A DNA stretch of 64,000 nt from a virus (Duplodnaviria > Caudoviricetes), in the IMG/VR virus record IMGVR_UViG_3300025030_000042; one strand, written 5' to 3'. Both the position numbers and the translations under genes were made by a program. This document shows, in pieces, positions 50,988-59,822 of the stretch (position 1 is the first letter of the stretch; each line of letters begins with the position of its first letter). Below the pieces are notes generated by a model. The model was not told the origin of the DNA. It did not search any database and worked only from the letters and a program-made list of their open reading frames with translations.

Positions 50988-51206
50988 TTATTCCTCCTTT
51001 TGGCATTCTTCTTTAAAATACTTGATCAGATATTCTATCAATTTGGTCCTATCTCTCAAAGTAGAATATTCTTTTTTCTTTTTTAATACCCTCCTAAAGT
51101 CATTGTCGTCCAACATATAATCAACATATTTGTCACAATATAAAGAATCTTCCCAATGCTCGTCTCTCATTTCTATTAGTTGTTGAACAATATCTTTGTT
51201 TTTCAT
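50988..51206 (-). CDS. Hypothetical protein
   Basis: 72-aa ORF. Confidence 0.55.
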   Translation of the reverse strand: MKNKDIVQQLIEMRDEHWEDSLYCDKYVDYMLDDNDFRRVLKKKKEYSTLRDRTKLIEYLIKYFKEECQKEE

Positions 51207-52066
51207 CTTTGTATTTCCGAACTTCGAGATATTACAAACGCAAAACTTTCATTATAATCAGATTCATATATTCCATATGATATTTTACAACCTTTTTGTT
51301 GTTCTTTTTTCCTCTTTAGTTGTTCCTTGATTTTCAAATGAAGTGTTTTATCGGTTTGAAACACTTCGTGAGGAACAACATAGTAATAACACTTCTCCCG
51401 AACTGTGTCAAGCGGAAAAAAAGTTTTTTCTTCTCCACCAACAATCTCCATTACTCCAAGCGTAGAAATCCTTGAAATCATTGAAGTTTCCGACCAATTA
51501 TTGATATGCGACGACGAGCCGTTCAAAAAATTTATAAAATGAAAAGTCCGAACCACCACTTCGTTGATTTTTTGATGATATTCAAACATCGAAACACCAT
51601 CGACTATACTTTTCTCTATTTCTCGGTTACTTAATAAAATTATTTCTTCAAACACTCCTGATCTTGTATATTCCTGAAGAACATTATATACAACTTTTTC
51701 TTGAAGAGATTTTATTTCCGATAAGAACTCTACATCGGGCTTTATATAAAGAATGTGTATTTTTGTTCTATCTTTTATCTTTTGAAGTATCGCCAGAGTT
51801 GCTCCGGAAATAATACTTGCTCCGCAAACGACCACATATGTTTTTTCTTTGATATTCCTAAAAAAAATATCCAGACTTAAATCTGATATATATTGTTCAT
51901 AATCTTCTGGGGATTTATATTTCTTTACTTTATAATGTTTAACCTTCTTGTGTTTATTAGATTCATTATCGATTGTTAAACATTGATAGTCTGGATATTG
52001 AGATATCTCGTTTGCTATATTGACGCCGGATTTTCCTATTCCCAATATTGTTATTTTTGAAGACAT
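51203..52066 (-). CDS. Divergent tubulin/FtsZ-like protein (PhuZ/TubZ-like)
   Basis: ITILGIGKSGVNIA (T1 loop), IDNE, CGASIISGA in place of GGGTGSG, IILLSN, KINE. Confidence 0.65.
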   Translation of the reverse strand: MSSKITILGIGKSGVNIANEISQYPDYQCLTIDNESNKHKKVKHYKVKKYKSPEDYEQYISDLSLDIFFRNIKEKTYVVVCGASIISGATLAILQKIKDRTKIHILYIKPDVEFLSEIKSLQEKVVYNVLQEYTRSGVFEEIILLSNREIEKSIVDGVSMFEYHQKINEVVVRTFHFINFLNGSSSHINNWSETSMISRISTLGVMEIVGGEEKTFFPLDTVREKCYYYVVPHEVFQTDKTLHLKIKEQLKRKKEQQKGCKISYGIYESDYNESFAFVISRSSEIQR

Positions 52067-52067
52067 T

Positions 52068-52262
52068 TTATTTATTTAACTTTTTCCAACCACCAAAACT
52101 TCTTTCTGACCACCAATAAAAACTTTTATTGTTAATAGAATACCAATACATTTTATATGAATGAGGAAGTTTTTTGATATTTATTTCAACTATTATTCCC
52201 AGGTTGTTTCCTATCGCAAACAAATCACCCACTTTATACTTTAACTTTTCGCATTTGTCCAT
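52068..52262 (-). CDS. KxGDL-family ORF
   Basis: KYKVGDLF...LGIIV...YKMYWY. Confidence 0.6.
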   Translation of the reverse strand: MDKCEKLKYKVGDLFAIGNNLGIIVEINIKKLPHSYKMYWYSINNKSFYWWSERSFGGWKKLNK

Positions 52263-53427
52263 AGTTTTTTCCCATTTTCATATTGACGACAAATCTTCCA
52301 AGCGGAGTATCTTTAAACTCTTCCAACAAAGACATTAACACACTTTCATCATCTCTGTGAAAATCCAGTATAACCGAATCAAATATCATAAATGATACAT
52401 ACGATTTTTTATTCTCAAGGATATTATTTAATCTGCTCGCCATTACATTTACAAGATCGGAAGTTACCGACTGGTTTAAATAACTCAAGGCGTGATTTCT
52501 ATCACATTGTATTTTTCGATCAAAGATAGTATTTATTTCATTTTTATTCCAATACATATCGATCATTTTCTGGCGGTTATATAATGTTTCAAGTTTTGAT
52601 TTGGCGTCCATATTATATAACCAAGAAAATGTCTCTTTTTTTATTTGCTCCCGCGTCATATCTGACTGTTTAAAAATATTGTTGCAGTTCCACTCGTGAA
52701 TATCATTTTGCGGTTGTTTCTCTCCCAGCATAGCAAGCATCACGCGGAGGTCGCAAGCATTATAATCAAACTCCACGAAGAAATCGTTATTTGGCAACAA
52801 AACCCGCCGTAGCTCGCGCCGTAGATTTAAAATAGGGAAACTGCCATTTTTTGTTGTGAGGCGCCCTGTGACCGACCCAAAAAGATTATATTCAACGTTG
52901 CTTGCCCCATTTTTCACTTTATTGTGTAAAGCAGAAATACCGGCGACATCAAAATTCTGAATCATAAAACTTTTATCAAAGTTTAAGTTTCTATATTTAA
53001 TATCCGCAATAAGTTTAGTTATATCCAACAATAGATCGTAGTTGTTTGGTCTTGAATATGTTTCAAAAACATATTTAGTTATATCCATTTTAACTTTACA
53101 ATATTGTGTCAATATTTCAACAGGAACAAGATCAAAAAAACATACATTATTGAGATTTACTTTCGCTTCAACAAAAGATCGATAATATGCTTTAAGTTTT
53201 TCTTTTATATTATCCCAATCGTTTTTCAAATATTCTGGGCATATTTCATCAATAGGTTGACCACAATATAAAAAAGCATACTCTATATTTTCTTTATGTT
53301 TTAACCATTGTGAATAGTTCCAAGTATGCGAAAGTTCGTTCGGTATCTTATCAAAATAAAGCATACCGCTTTCGTCATAAAAGCCAATACAGTTTTGTTT
53401 GTCGTCAAATGATTGAAAGAAAGTCAA
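52234..53427 (-). CDS. Miniature family A DNA polymerase
   Basis: TGRL, motif A FDYNACDLR, motif B REQIKKETFSWLY, NQS, motif C IFDS; 397 aa; TTG start. Confidence 0.75.
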   Translation of the reverse strand: MTFFQSFDDKQNCIGFYDESGMLYFDKIPNELSHTWNYSQWLKHKENIEYAFLYCGQPIDEICPEYLKNDWDNIKEKLKAYYRSFVEAKVNLNNVCFFDLVPVEILTQYCKVKMDITKYVFETYSRPNNYDLLLDITKLIADIKYRNLNFDKSFMIQNFDVAGISALHNKVKNGASNVEYNLFGSVTGRLTTKNGSFPILNLRRELRRVLLPNNDFFVEFDYNACDLRVMLAMLGEKQPQNDIHEWNCNNIFKQSDMTREQIKKETFSWLYNMDAKSKLETLYNRQKMIDMYWNKNEINTIFDRKIQCDRNHALSYLNQSVTSDLVNVMASRLNNILENKKSYVSFMIFDSVILDFHRDDESVLMSLLEEFKDTPLGRFVVNMKMGKNYGQMRKVKV

Positions 53428-53439
53428 ATCGACACGCTT

Positions 53440-55296
53440 TTATTGTGGAGACATTGACCAGCCACGACATTTGGCTTGTGTTCCTATTGAACCACCACCT
53501 GGAACTCTTCGATAATATATTCTTATATTGCTCGTTATCGGAAATTTTCCAATAGATTCAGAGGCGGTTCCAGAAGCATTACCGGTTGAAAGAATAGTTT
53601 GGGTGGTGCTAGCACCACCGGTTTCAAAACCATCAACCCACCAATAAACATCTCCCCATCCCACCCCGCCGCTTGCTTGTCCCCAAAGCCACATATCGGC
53701 GGATGTTGCAATTGCAGGAACGTATGTAGATAAACTAACTGCTACAGCAGCACCATCCGACCCGTTGCCGGTAGATGCTAAAACCTCAAACATTGAACCA
53801 TATTTGAAATCCCCTGGAGATACATTATAAAACTGTATTATATCTCCCGATCCATCGTTCCGAACTGCCCCAAAACATTTAAATGCCGTAGCATAACTTG
53901 GCGGCCCGCCGGAATCCGGATCGTTCGTGTGCCCCACAAGACCTATATTGTTTCCATCTTGAACACCATAAATATAATACCAAGTCGAATTAGCTTCAGA
54001 TATTGTATCTAATCCTCCAAGACCACTTACGCTTAGTTTAAACGTTCCGGATGAAAACTGTTTTCGAGAACCATTGCTCAAATAAAAATATTCGGTTCTG
54101 CCAGACCAAGTTGATATCGTTATCGTATCGGCGTCGGTCCATACAAGTTTTGGTAACACAATATCGTCCTCCACTTCGATGAAAGTTTGAGCAGACACAC
54201 TTTGTTCTATATGTCTGCCAGTGCTCGCAACTACATTCCACAGATTTGAATCTTGCGATATATCCGTTTTTACTTGCGAGCGAAGTTGTTGTTCAACATA
54301 TGATAATGACCTCGCGGTGTCAAGAGAATTTTCAAGTTCTTTCGTTGTTTTTATTTTCTCTTGTATTTCCGCAAAATTCCAGTTTTTGCCCTCTTCCGAA
54401 GATCTTATATTTATATACACTTCTGTCCAATCAATATTTTCTACATCAGATACAGTTAGATTTTTTCTTTTTGTGATGACCGATTTAGTTTCAAACATAC
54501 CAGATTCTATTTTTTTTTGGTTTGGATGCGATTTTATATAACTCACATAAAACTGTGATAAATATTTTTTTAAAATCTGAATATCAAACTCTTGAGTTTT
54601 ATAATAATAGATTTCAAATAAATCACTTGCCGTTCCTGGTTCATATTTTATACCATATTTCTCGGCATACTTTAACATAGACTTCGAACCAACATTGGCA
54701 ATAATCTGCCAAGGAATGTGTTTATTGATATAAAACCCAAACTTTTCGGCAGCATTTAAATAAAATCCATAATTTGAATCATTTATATATTTTTGTAATG
54801 TTTTTTCTTTTGTTGTATATGTTTCTTTAGCAATATCAATTACAAGTCCACTTACAAATACTGGGCATTTATTTGATTTTACGAATGCCGTTTTCGTTAT
54901 TGGATGTCTTAAAAAGTCTTTTGAAAATAAAATAAACTCATTGATAAAATCTCTAAAGTTTAATATTTTTGAAGATCTATTATTAGTATTGATATATGAA
55001 ACAACGAATGCTTCATATATTTTTGACATATTTTGATGATAGATTTCGTTTAAGTTTTGCCAGGCGCGATATGGTTTTATTTTATCATATACAGAATCTT
55101 TATTTATTCTTCCTTGAACTTTTGCTCTTTCAAAATATTGCTGTAAATCATGAAAAGCATCTACAACAAAATCAGCCGCCATAAATGTTCCTTCATCATC
55201 AATGGGAGATAGATTTGATTCAGAAAGAAATACATAGTTTCCCTTTCGATCAACTTTTCCATAGTTTTGCTTATCATACCATAAATCGATCAACAT
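53440..55296 (-). CDS. Probable virion protein with a C-terminal tail-fibre-like module
   Basis: Composition shifts to G/S/T-rich at about aa 350; GGLDT...STWYYIY pattern. Confidence 0.5.
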   Translation of the reverse strand: MLIDLWYDKQNYGKVDRKGNYVFLSESNLSPIDDEGTFMAADFVVDAFHDLQQYFERAKVQGRINKDSVYDKIKPYRAWQNLNEIYHQNMSKIYEAFVVSYINTNNRSSKILNFRDFINEFILFSKDFLRHPITKTAFVKSNKCPVFVSGLVIDIAKETYTTKEKTLQKYINDSNYGFYLNAAEKFGFYINKHIPWQIIANVGSKSMLKYAEKYGIKYEPGTASDLFEIYYYKTQEFDIQILKKYLSQFYVSYIKSHPNQKKIESGMFETKSVITKRKNLTVSDVENIDWTEVYINIRSSEEGKNWNFAEIQEKIKTTKELENSLDTARSLSYVEQQLRSQVKTDISQDSNLWNVVASTGRHIEQSVSAQTFIEVEDDIVLPKLVWTDADTITISTWSGRTEYFYLSNGSRKQFSSGTFKLSVSGLGGLDTISEANSTWYYIYGVQDGNNIGLVGHTNDPDSGGPPSYATAFKCFGAVRNDGSGDIIQFYNVSPGDFKYGSMFEVLASTGNGSDGAAVAVSLSTYVPAIATSADMWLWGQASGGVGWGDVYWWVDGFETGGASTTQTILSTGNASGTASESIGKFPITSNIRIYYRRVPGGGSIGTQAKCRGWSMSPQ

Positions 55297-55301
55297 TTTT
55301 A

Positions 55302-57863
55302 TTAGGGCCTATTTGTAAACAATATTTTCCAGAATCTTCTTGAATGTTCTTTCTTTTCTTTTTCTTCTATTTTGCTTGAAGCCACAATCTTCTTATTTAT
55401 TTTATTAAATCGTTCAATATTTTCTTTTGTTCTCTCAACCGGCTTTTTCATTTGTTTTCCACTTTCTTCGGCATATTGCCAAATCGCGGTAATCGTAGTT
55501 TCATAATCGTTAGAACTAAAAGAATGCTCTATTCCAATAACATTATAATAACCGCCCAAACCAAGTTCTCTCGCCAAAGACCCTTTCGCCAACGGATTAT
55601 CCAACCCCATCCGCGATGTATCAATATATATTTGTGCGCCTGGATAAAATATATTGTTTCCGATCATCGTTATTTTGGCATTATAAAGACCTTGTATTCT
55701 TTTTGACTCACTTGAAGTTTGTGTTGCTCTCATTGTGTCGACATGTGGTTGTGAAACTCTTTCAAACTCTATTTTTTTAACGAGGCCGCCATTCGCGCCG
55801 GTATACAAATGATAAATGCCTCTTTCAATATCTTCTTTTTCATTTCCTTTCAATCCGTGATTAGGAGACGAAGAAACATAGATATATAGATAATGAAATA
55901 ACTGTGGCGTAGGTTTGTGTGTGCTATATGAAAATGGCTCGTTATTTGCCGATGTTCCTCTTCTATTGATTAAATCATTTATTGTTATTCTTTCTTTTGC
56001 GCCGGAAGGAATGGGTTCTATTTCGCCATCTTTTCCCATTCCCGGAACTGTAAAAAAGTTCATACTTATATCATTTATTTGTTGCCCCAATCCTAAAAAA
56101 CACAGTTCTCCCAATGCCGGCGTTACAAGAGAAGATAAGATATCTTTTAAAAATGGCGCCAAATGATATGATGGTCTTTGTGGGGCCACGACCTTTTTTA
56201 ACCACCAAGTCAAAAATAGATTTAATGAGATTGGAATATCGGCAATATTTAATGTCTTTGGAGTAGTATCGTTTGGATTTGTTGGATCAATAAATGTAAT
56301 AGGTCCCAATATTACTCTCAACGACTTCTTATTTAAAACAGATAAAGCAATATCTAAAAGATCTCCCAAATAAAAAAAATTGATTCTCTTACACTCTTTA
56401 CATTCTTTGGGTTTATCTGATAAAACAAACTCTTCAAACTCTCCGACCACTTTCTCTACTTCTTCTTTGGTTTTTTTTCTTAAAATTGTAGAAGTTTTTT
56501 TAAGTTCCAACTCCGAAACATTTATTTTAGCAGTCGCCTCTTGAAACCTTTTAAAAACATTTGTCGGCAATGTTCTCTTGGGATTTATTTTTTGTGTTCT
56601 CAAATTTTCTTTTATAAATTTTTCATAAAATATAATATCTTCGTCAGTTAAAGTCCCTTTTTCTTTTAATTTGTCCAAAACTTCTTTTTGACCTTTATCA
56701 AATGCTTTAATTGACGATTCATCAACATCAATAAACCACATTTTTGACGATCCTTGAATGGCTTTAATCAATCTGGAATATCTTATTTGTTTATCTAATG
56801 ATTCCGCAAATAAAGATTCTCGTGAAAGTTGCTGTGCTTTCGTTGGTTTAATACCGACGGCAACTTCTGTTTTATTTTCCGGATTTCCACTTGTTAAAAC
56901 ATTATCTATAATCCATTTTTTCGCTTTTAATCTATCTGTTGTTGGTGCTTTTTGTTGTTTCTCTTCTTTAGATGCTTTTTTTGCCAAATCCTTTGAAACT
57001 TGTAAAAATGCTGTTGGAGATAATAGATCCGCTCTCTCATCTGCCATCAATGCTTCTCCGCGAGCATTATAATCTATACTCACCTCTAATGAACCGTTTT
57101 GATCAAAGCGAAGATTTTCGCTATGTAGTGTCATCAATAAAACGGTGCTGGAGCGATCGATTGCCTTTCTTAAAGACTTATTTATTAAAATCTCATTTGG
57201 ATCGGAAGGACTTGCCCAGCCAGCGATTATTTTAATCTCAAAATGCTTTGGATTCCAGACTCTTGCCCCTTTTATGGTTTTTCCTGTTTTCGGATCCGTC
57301 CTATTTGTATCAATATAATCTGCTTCAGGAACCAAAAGATTGTATAATCTTCCGGTATTCTCATCTTCCGCTGGCGCCAATATACTTGAAGCATTTTGTA
57401 AATAAAATGTTAGATTACATTGAGAATACCCAGCTTGCGTTATATTTTCGCCCCTTAGCGCATAACTGAAACTTTTTAATCCAACATCATCGCCTCGTCC
57501 AAATCTTGTTTTTGTTATATTATCAATCGTTTTTAAGTTCGTATGATCTCGGAATACAATCTCTTGATCAATGGGTTTAGATTTTTTATCTGGATTTGAA
57601 TATTTGACTTTAAATATTTGTATTTTGGGAACAAGCAAAGCAAGTTGTGCTGGAGTTATATGAAATAAATCTTCTATTCCTTTCTTTCCAACCAACTCGT
57701 GAACAACCAAGGGAGGATTTCCATTCAACATTATAAAATTTTGATATGATTGTTGTTTTGTTACACTCTCATTGATATTTGAAAGTTTGCGCCAGTTTTC
57801 GATCAAAAAACATTGTTCTTGAAAGCGTTCACCTTCTTTTATATCTTTTTCGTTATCTGCCAT
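55302..57863 (-). CDS. Large tail/baseplate (hub-like) structural protein
   Basis: 853 aa in the tail operon; C-terminal AKITMIGN.IFYPG..IYID...LGLGGYYNVIGIEHSF..NDYETTI resembles late-control D/hub proteins. Confidence 0.55.
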   Translation of the reverse strand: MADNEKDIKEGERFQEQCFLIENWRKLSNINESVTKQQSYQNFIMLNGNPPLVVHELVGKKGIEDLFHITPAQLALLVPKIQIFKVKYSNPDKKSKPIDQEIVFRDHTNLKTIDNITKTRFGRGDDVGLKSFSYALRGENITQAGYSQCNLTFYLQNASSILAPAEDENTGRLYNLLVPEADYIDTNRTDPKTGKTIKGARVWNPKHFEIKIIAGWASPSDPNEILINKSLRKAIDRSSTVLLMTLHSENLRFDQNGSLEVSIDYNARGEALMADERADLLSPTAFLQVSKDLAKKASKEEKQQKAPTTDRLKAKKWIIDNVLTSGNPENKTEVAVGIKPTKAQQLSRESLFAESLDKQIRYSRLIKAIQGSSKMWFIDVDESSIKAFDKGQKEVLDKLKEKGTLTDEDIIFYEKFIKENLRTQKINPKRTLPTNVFKRFQEATAKINVSELELKKTSTILRKKTKEEVEKVVGEFEEFVLSDKPKECKECKRINFFYLGDLLDIALSVLNKKSLRVILGPITFIDPTNPNDTTPKTLNIADIPISLNLFLTWWLKKVVAPQRPSYHLAPFLKDILSSLVTPALGELCFLGLGQQINDISMNFFTVPGMGKDGEIEPIPSGAKERITINDLINRRGTSANNEPFSYSTHKPTPQLFHYLYIYVSSSPNHGLKGNEKEDIERGIYHLYTGANGGLVKKIEFERVSQPHVDTMRATQTSSESKRIQGLYNAKITMIGNNIFYPGAQIYIDTSRMGLDNPLAKGSLARELGLGGYYNVIGIEHSFSSNDYETTITAIWQYAEESGKQMKKPVERTKENIERFNKINKKIVASSKIEEKEKKEHSRRFWKILFTNRP

Positions 57864-57874
57864 TTTATTTTTGT

Positions 57875-58213
57875 TTAATATCCGAGTATTTGAAGAACTT
57901 TATTGAGAGGAAAGGGAATATAAATGACATCTCCAACATTTATATGTGCTTCTGTTGGTTTTTGATTATAATGAGCAATAACATACCATAAATCAACATC
58001 GCCATAATGTTCGTGCGCCAACTTATAAAAACGATCTCCAGTCTTCCATATATGCCCAATGATATCAAGATCGGCGATTTCTTCAGTGGTCGGATGTTTT
58101 AATACTTGTGTCCGAAACATCCGAATGAAGTTGACACCTCTATCGCGAAAGATCTTCTTATAGTTTTCGTTATCATTTATAGAAACTACTTGATTATCAT
58201 ATCGTCCTGCCAT
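57875..58213 (-). CDS. LysM-like baseplate wedge / tail X protein
   Basis: GDRFYKLAHEHYGDVDLWYVIA..N......INVGDVIYIP. Confidence 0.75.
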   Translation of the reverse strand: MAGRYDNQVVSINDNENYKKIFRDRGVNFIRMFRTQVLKHPTTEEIADLDIIGHIWKTGDRFYKLAHEHYGDVDLWYVIAHYNQKPTEAHINVGDVIYIPFPLNKVLQILGY

Positions 58214-58215
58214 TT

Positions 58216-59013
58216 TTATTTAACACCCAATACTTTGTTTGCTTGAGCACTTCTTTGTGCGTCTGTTCCACCGGTTTTTGAACTATTGTTAACTTCCTTT
58301 AACTTTAAATCATCAAAGTCTCGTTCGCCATACGGAAAAAGCGGAGTTCTTTTGTTTTTTTCTCTATTCCACCCCAAAGGAGTTGTGTGTAATACCGTAA
58401 ACTCACAAGATAGATTGACCGTTTTTGGATGTAATATTGCCGGTTCTGGATCAAACATTCCTGCGTTTAAATCTGGTTCATATGTGAATCCCGCCACTTT
58501 TCCAACCAATCCGCTATCCGCTATAGTTCCACCTGCTTTTGCTTCTGATTTTCCTGGAGAAGAAGGACTTTCTTTGTTTCCTTCACCATAACTTCGTATC
58601 AAGTTGGCAAAAGACAACTTCATCAGCGGAGATGCCACGATTGAAGAAGCATTAAACTTTCCAGAACTTTTATCATAAACCGGATAAAGCATTGATAAAA
58701 GAAGAGAAGATCTTTGAAGATTTTCTTTTGCTTCTTGTTCTGATGCCGCAACAACGCTCCAACCAAGCGAAATCACTCTTCTTGTGTTTATAAAGTTTGA
58801 AATCGGATCCGATCTTCCGTACACATCTTCATCTTTCCAGTTGGAAGTATATTGATCGGAATATCTTGTAATCATTGCTTTAAACTGAACAGAACGACCG
58901 GTGGGAATATGAAAAAACTCAATAAAATACTTCTTATTTACATAAGACCATTCCGCATCAAAATAACTCGATCCTTCTTCTTTTTTTCCGGGACCTATTT
59001 TAAAGTTTGGCAT
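58216..59013 (-). CDS. Tail-tube initiator / baseplate-like protein
   Basis: FKAMITRYSDQYTSNW....YGRSDPI..F.NTRRVISL; located after the tape-measure gene. Confidence 0.6.
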   Translation of the reverse strand: MPNFKIGPGKKEEGSSYFDAEWSYVNKKYFIEFFHIPTGRSVQFKAMITRYSDQYTSNWKDEDVYGRSDPISNFINTRRVISLGWSVVAASEQEAKENLQRSSLLLSMLYPVYDKSSGKFNASSIVASPLMKLSFANLIRSYGEGNKESPSSPGKSEAKAGGTIADSGLVGKVAGFTYEPDLNAGMFDPEPAILHPKTVNLSCEFTVLHTTPLGWNREKNKRTPLFPYGERDFDDLKLKEVNNSSKTGGTDAQRSAQANKVLGVK

Positions 59014-59016
59014 TCA

Positions 59017-59751
59017 TTAGTAAATAGAAATATCTCCTAAAATACTATCAACCTCTTCTCTGGTTTCATATTTTAACAGCCTTTTCTTTGCGTCTTGAAA
59101 CTTTTTCATATTATTCTTATAGTTTGCCATATTTAAAGGGACTTCTATAAATGAATCGGTCAAATCAAACCTTTTATTTATTACACTTTTGCTGATCTCA
59201 AAACAATAGTGTTCTTTACCGTCTGTAAATGATATTCCCGAAGGAGATGAACGAAATACATTGATATTTTCTATATCAATATAGTTCATTTTAGACACAA
59301 TGATTTGAAATCTTGTTGGTCTACGAACAAGCATTATATAATACAATAAATCTGGATTTAGATCGTATTCTTTTATAGAGAAATCTAATCTTTCATTTCT
59401 CAATAAAGAAACAGAACAGGCGACCTCCTTATATTGTTCACCATACAATAACTCTTTATATTTATCTCGATCTCTGTTGTGTTCCGAGATTTTTTCATAT
59501 TCTGATTTACAGTTTTCCTTTTCCATAATCGTTTTCGCGCCGATGCCAATATCATTTTTTACAAGATCTATGGCAACATCTTTTCCGGAAATATTCAAAG
59601 AACAACCAAAACTTTCATAAACAAAGTTTTCCCAATCCTTTGAAGATACATATAGATTTCCATCTCTACTATTTCCCTTATTTGAAACATTTGCCAATAA
59701 ACTTAAATCATCTTTGATTTTAAGCAGTTCGACGCCCTCAAAAAATATCAT
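59017..59751 (-). CDS. Putative PD-(D/E)xK restriction-like endonuclease
   Basis: WE..V..S...D.AID...IGIGAKT pattern; has its own sigma70-type promoter inside the tail operon. Confidence 0.4.
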   Translation of the reverse strand: MIFFEGVELLKIKDDLSLLANVSNKGNSRDGNLYVSSKDWENFVYESFGCSLNISGKDVAIDLVKNDIGIGAKTIMEKENCKSEYEKISEHNRDRDKYKELLYGEQYKEVACSVSLLRNERLDFSIKEYDLNPDLLYYIMLVRRPTRFQIIVSKMNYIDIENINVFRSSPSGISFTDGKEHYCFEISKSVINKRFDLTDSFIEVPLNMANYKNNMKKFQDAKKRLLKYETREEVDSILGDISIY

Positions 59752-59790
59752 TTTCCACTCCTATGTTTAGCACTTCAGCACATATATAAA

Positions 59791-59820
59791 GTTATACTTA
59801 AGTTATTTGCGGAGTGTCAA
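59791..59820 (-). promoter_or_regulatory. Sigma70-type promoter
   Basis: TTGACA-18-TATAAC upstream of 59017-59751. Confidence 0.55.
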
Positions 59821-59822
59821 GA

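Noticed and set aside
51203-52066. Evidence for a nucleus-forming (chimallin) phage
   Set aside because: A tubulin-like gene alone is insufficient, and no chimallin or multisubunit phage RNAP is recognisable in this window.
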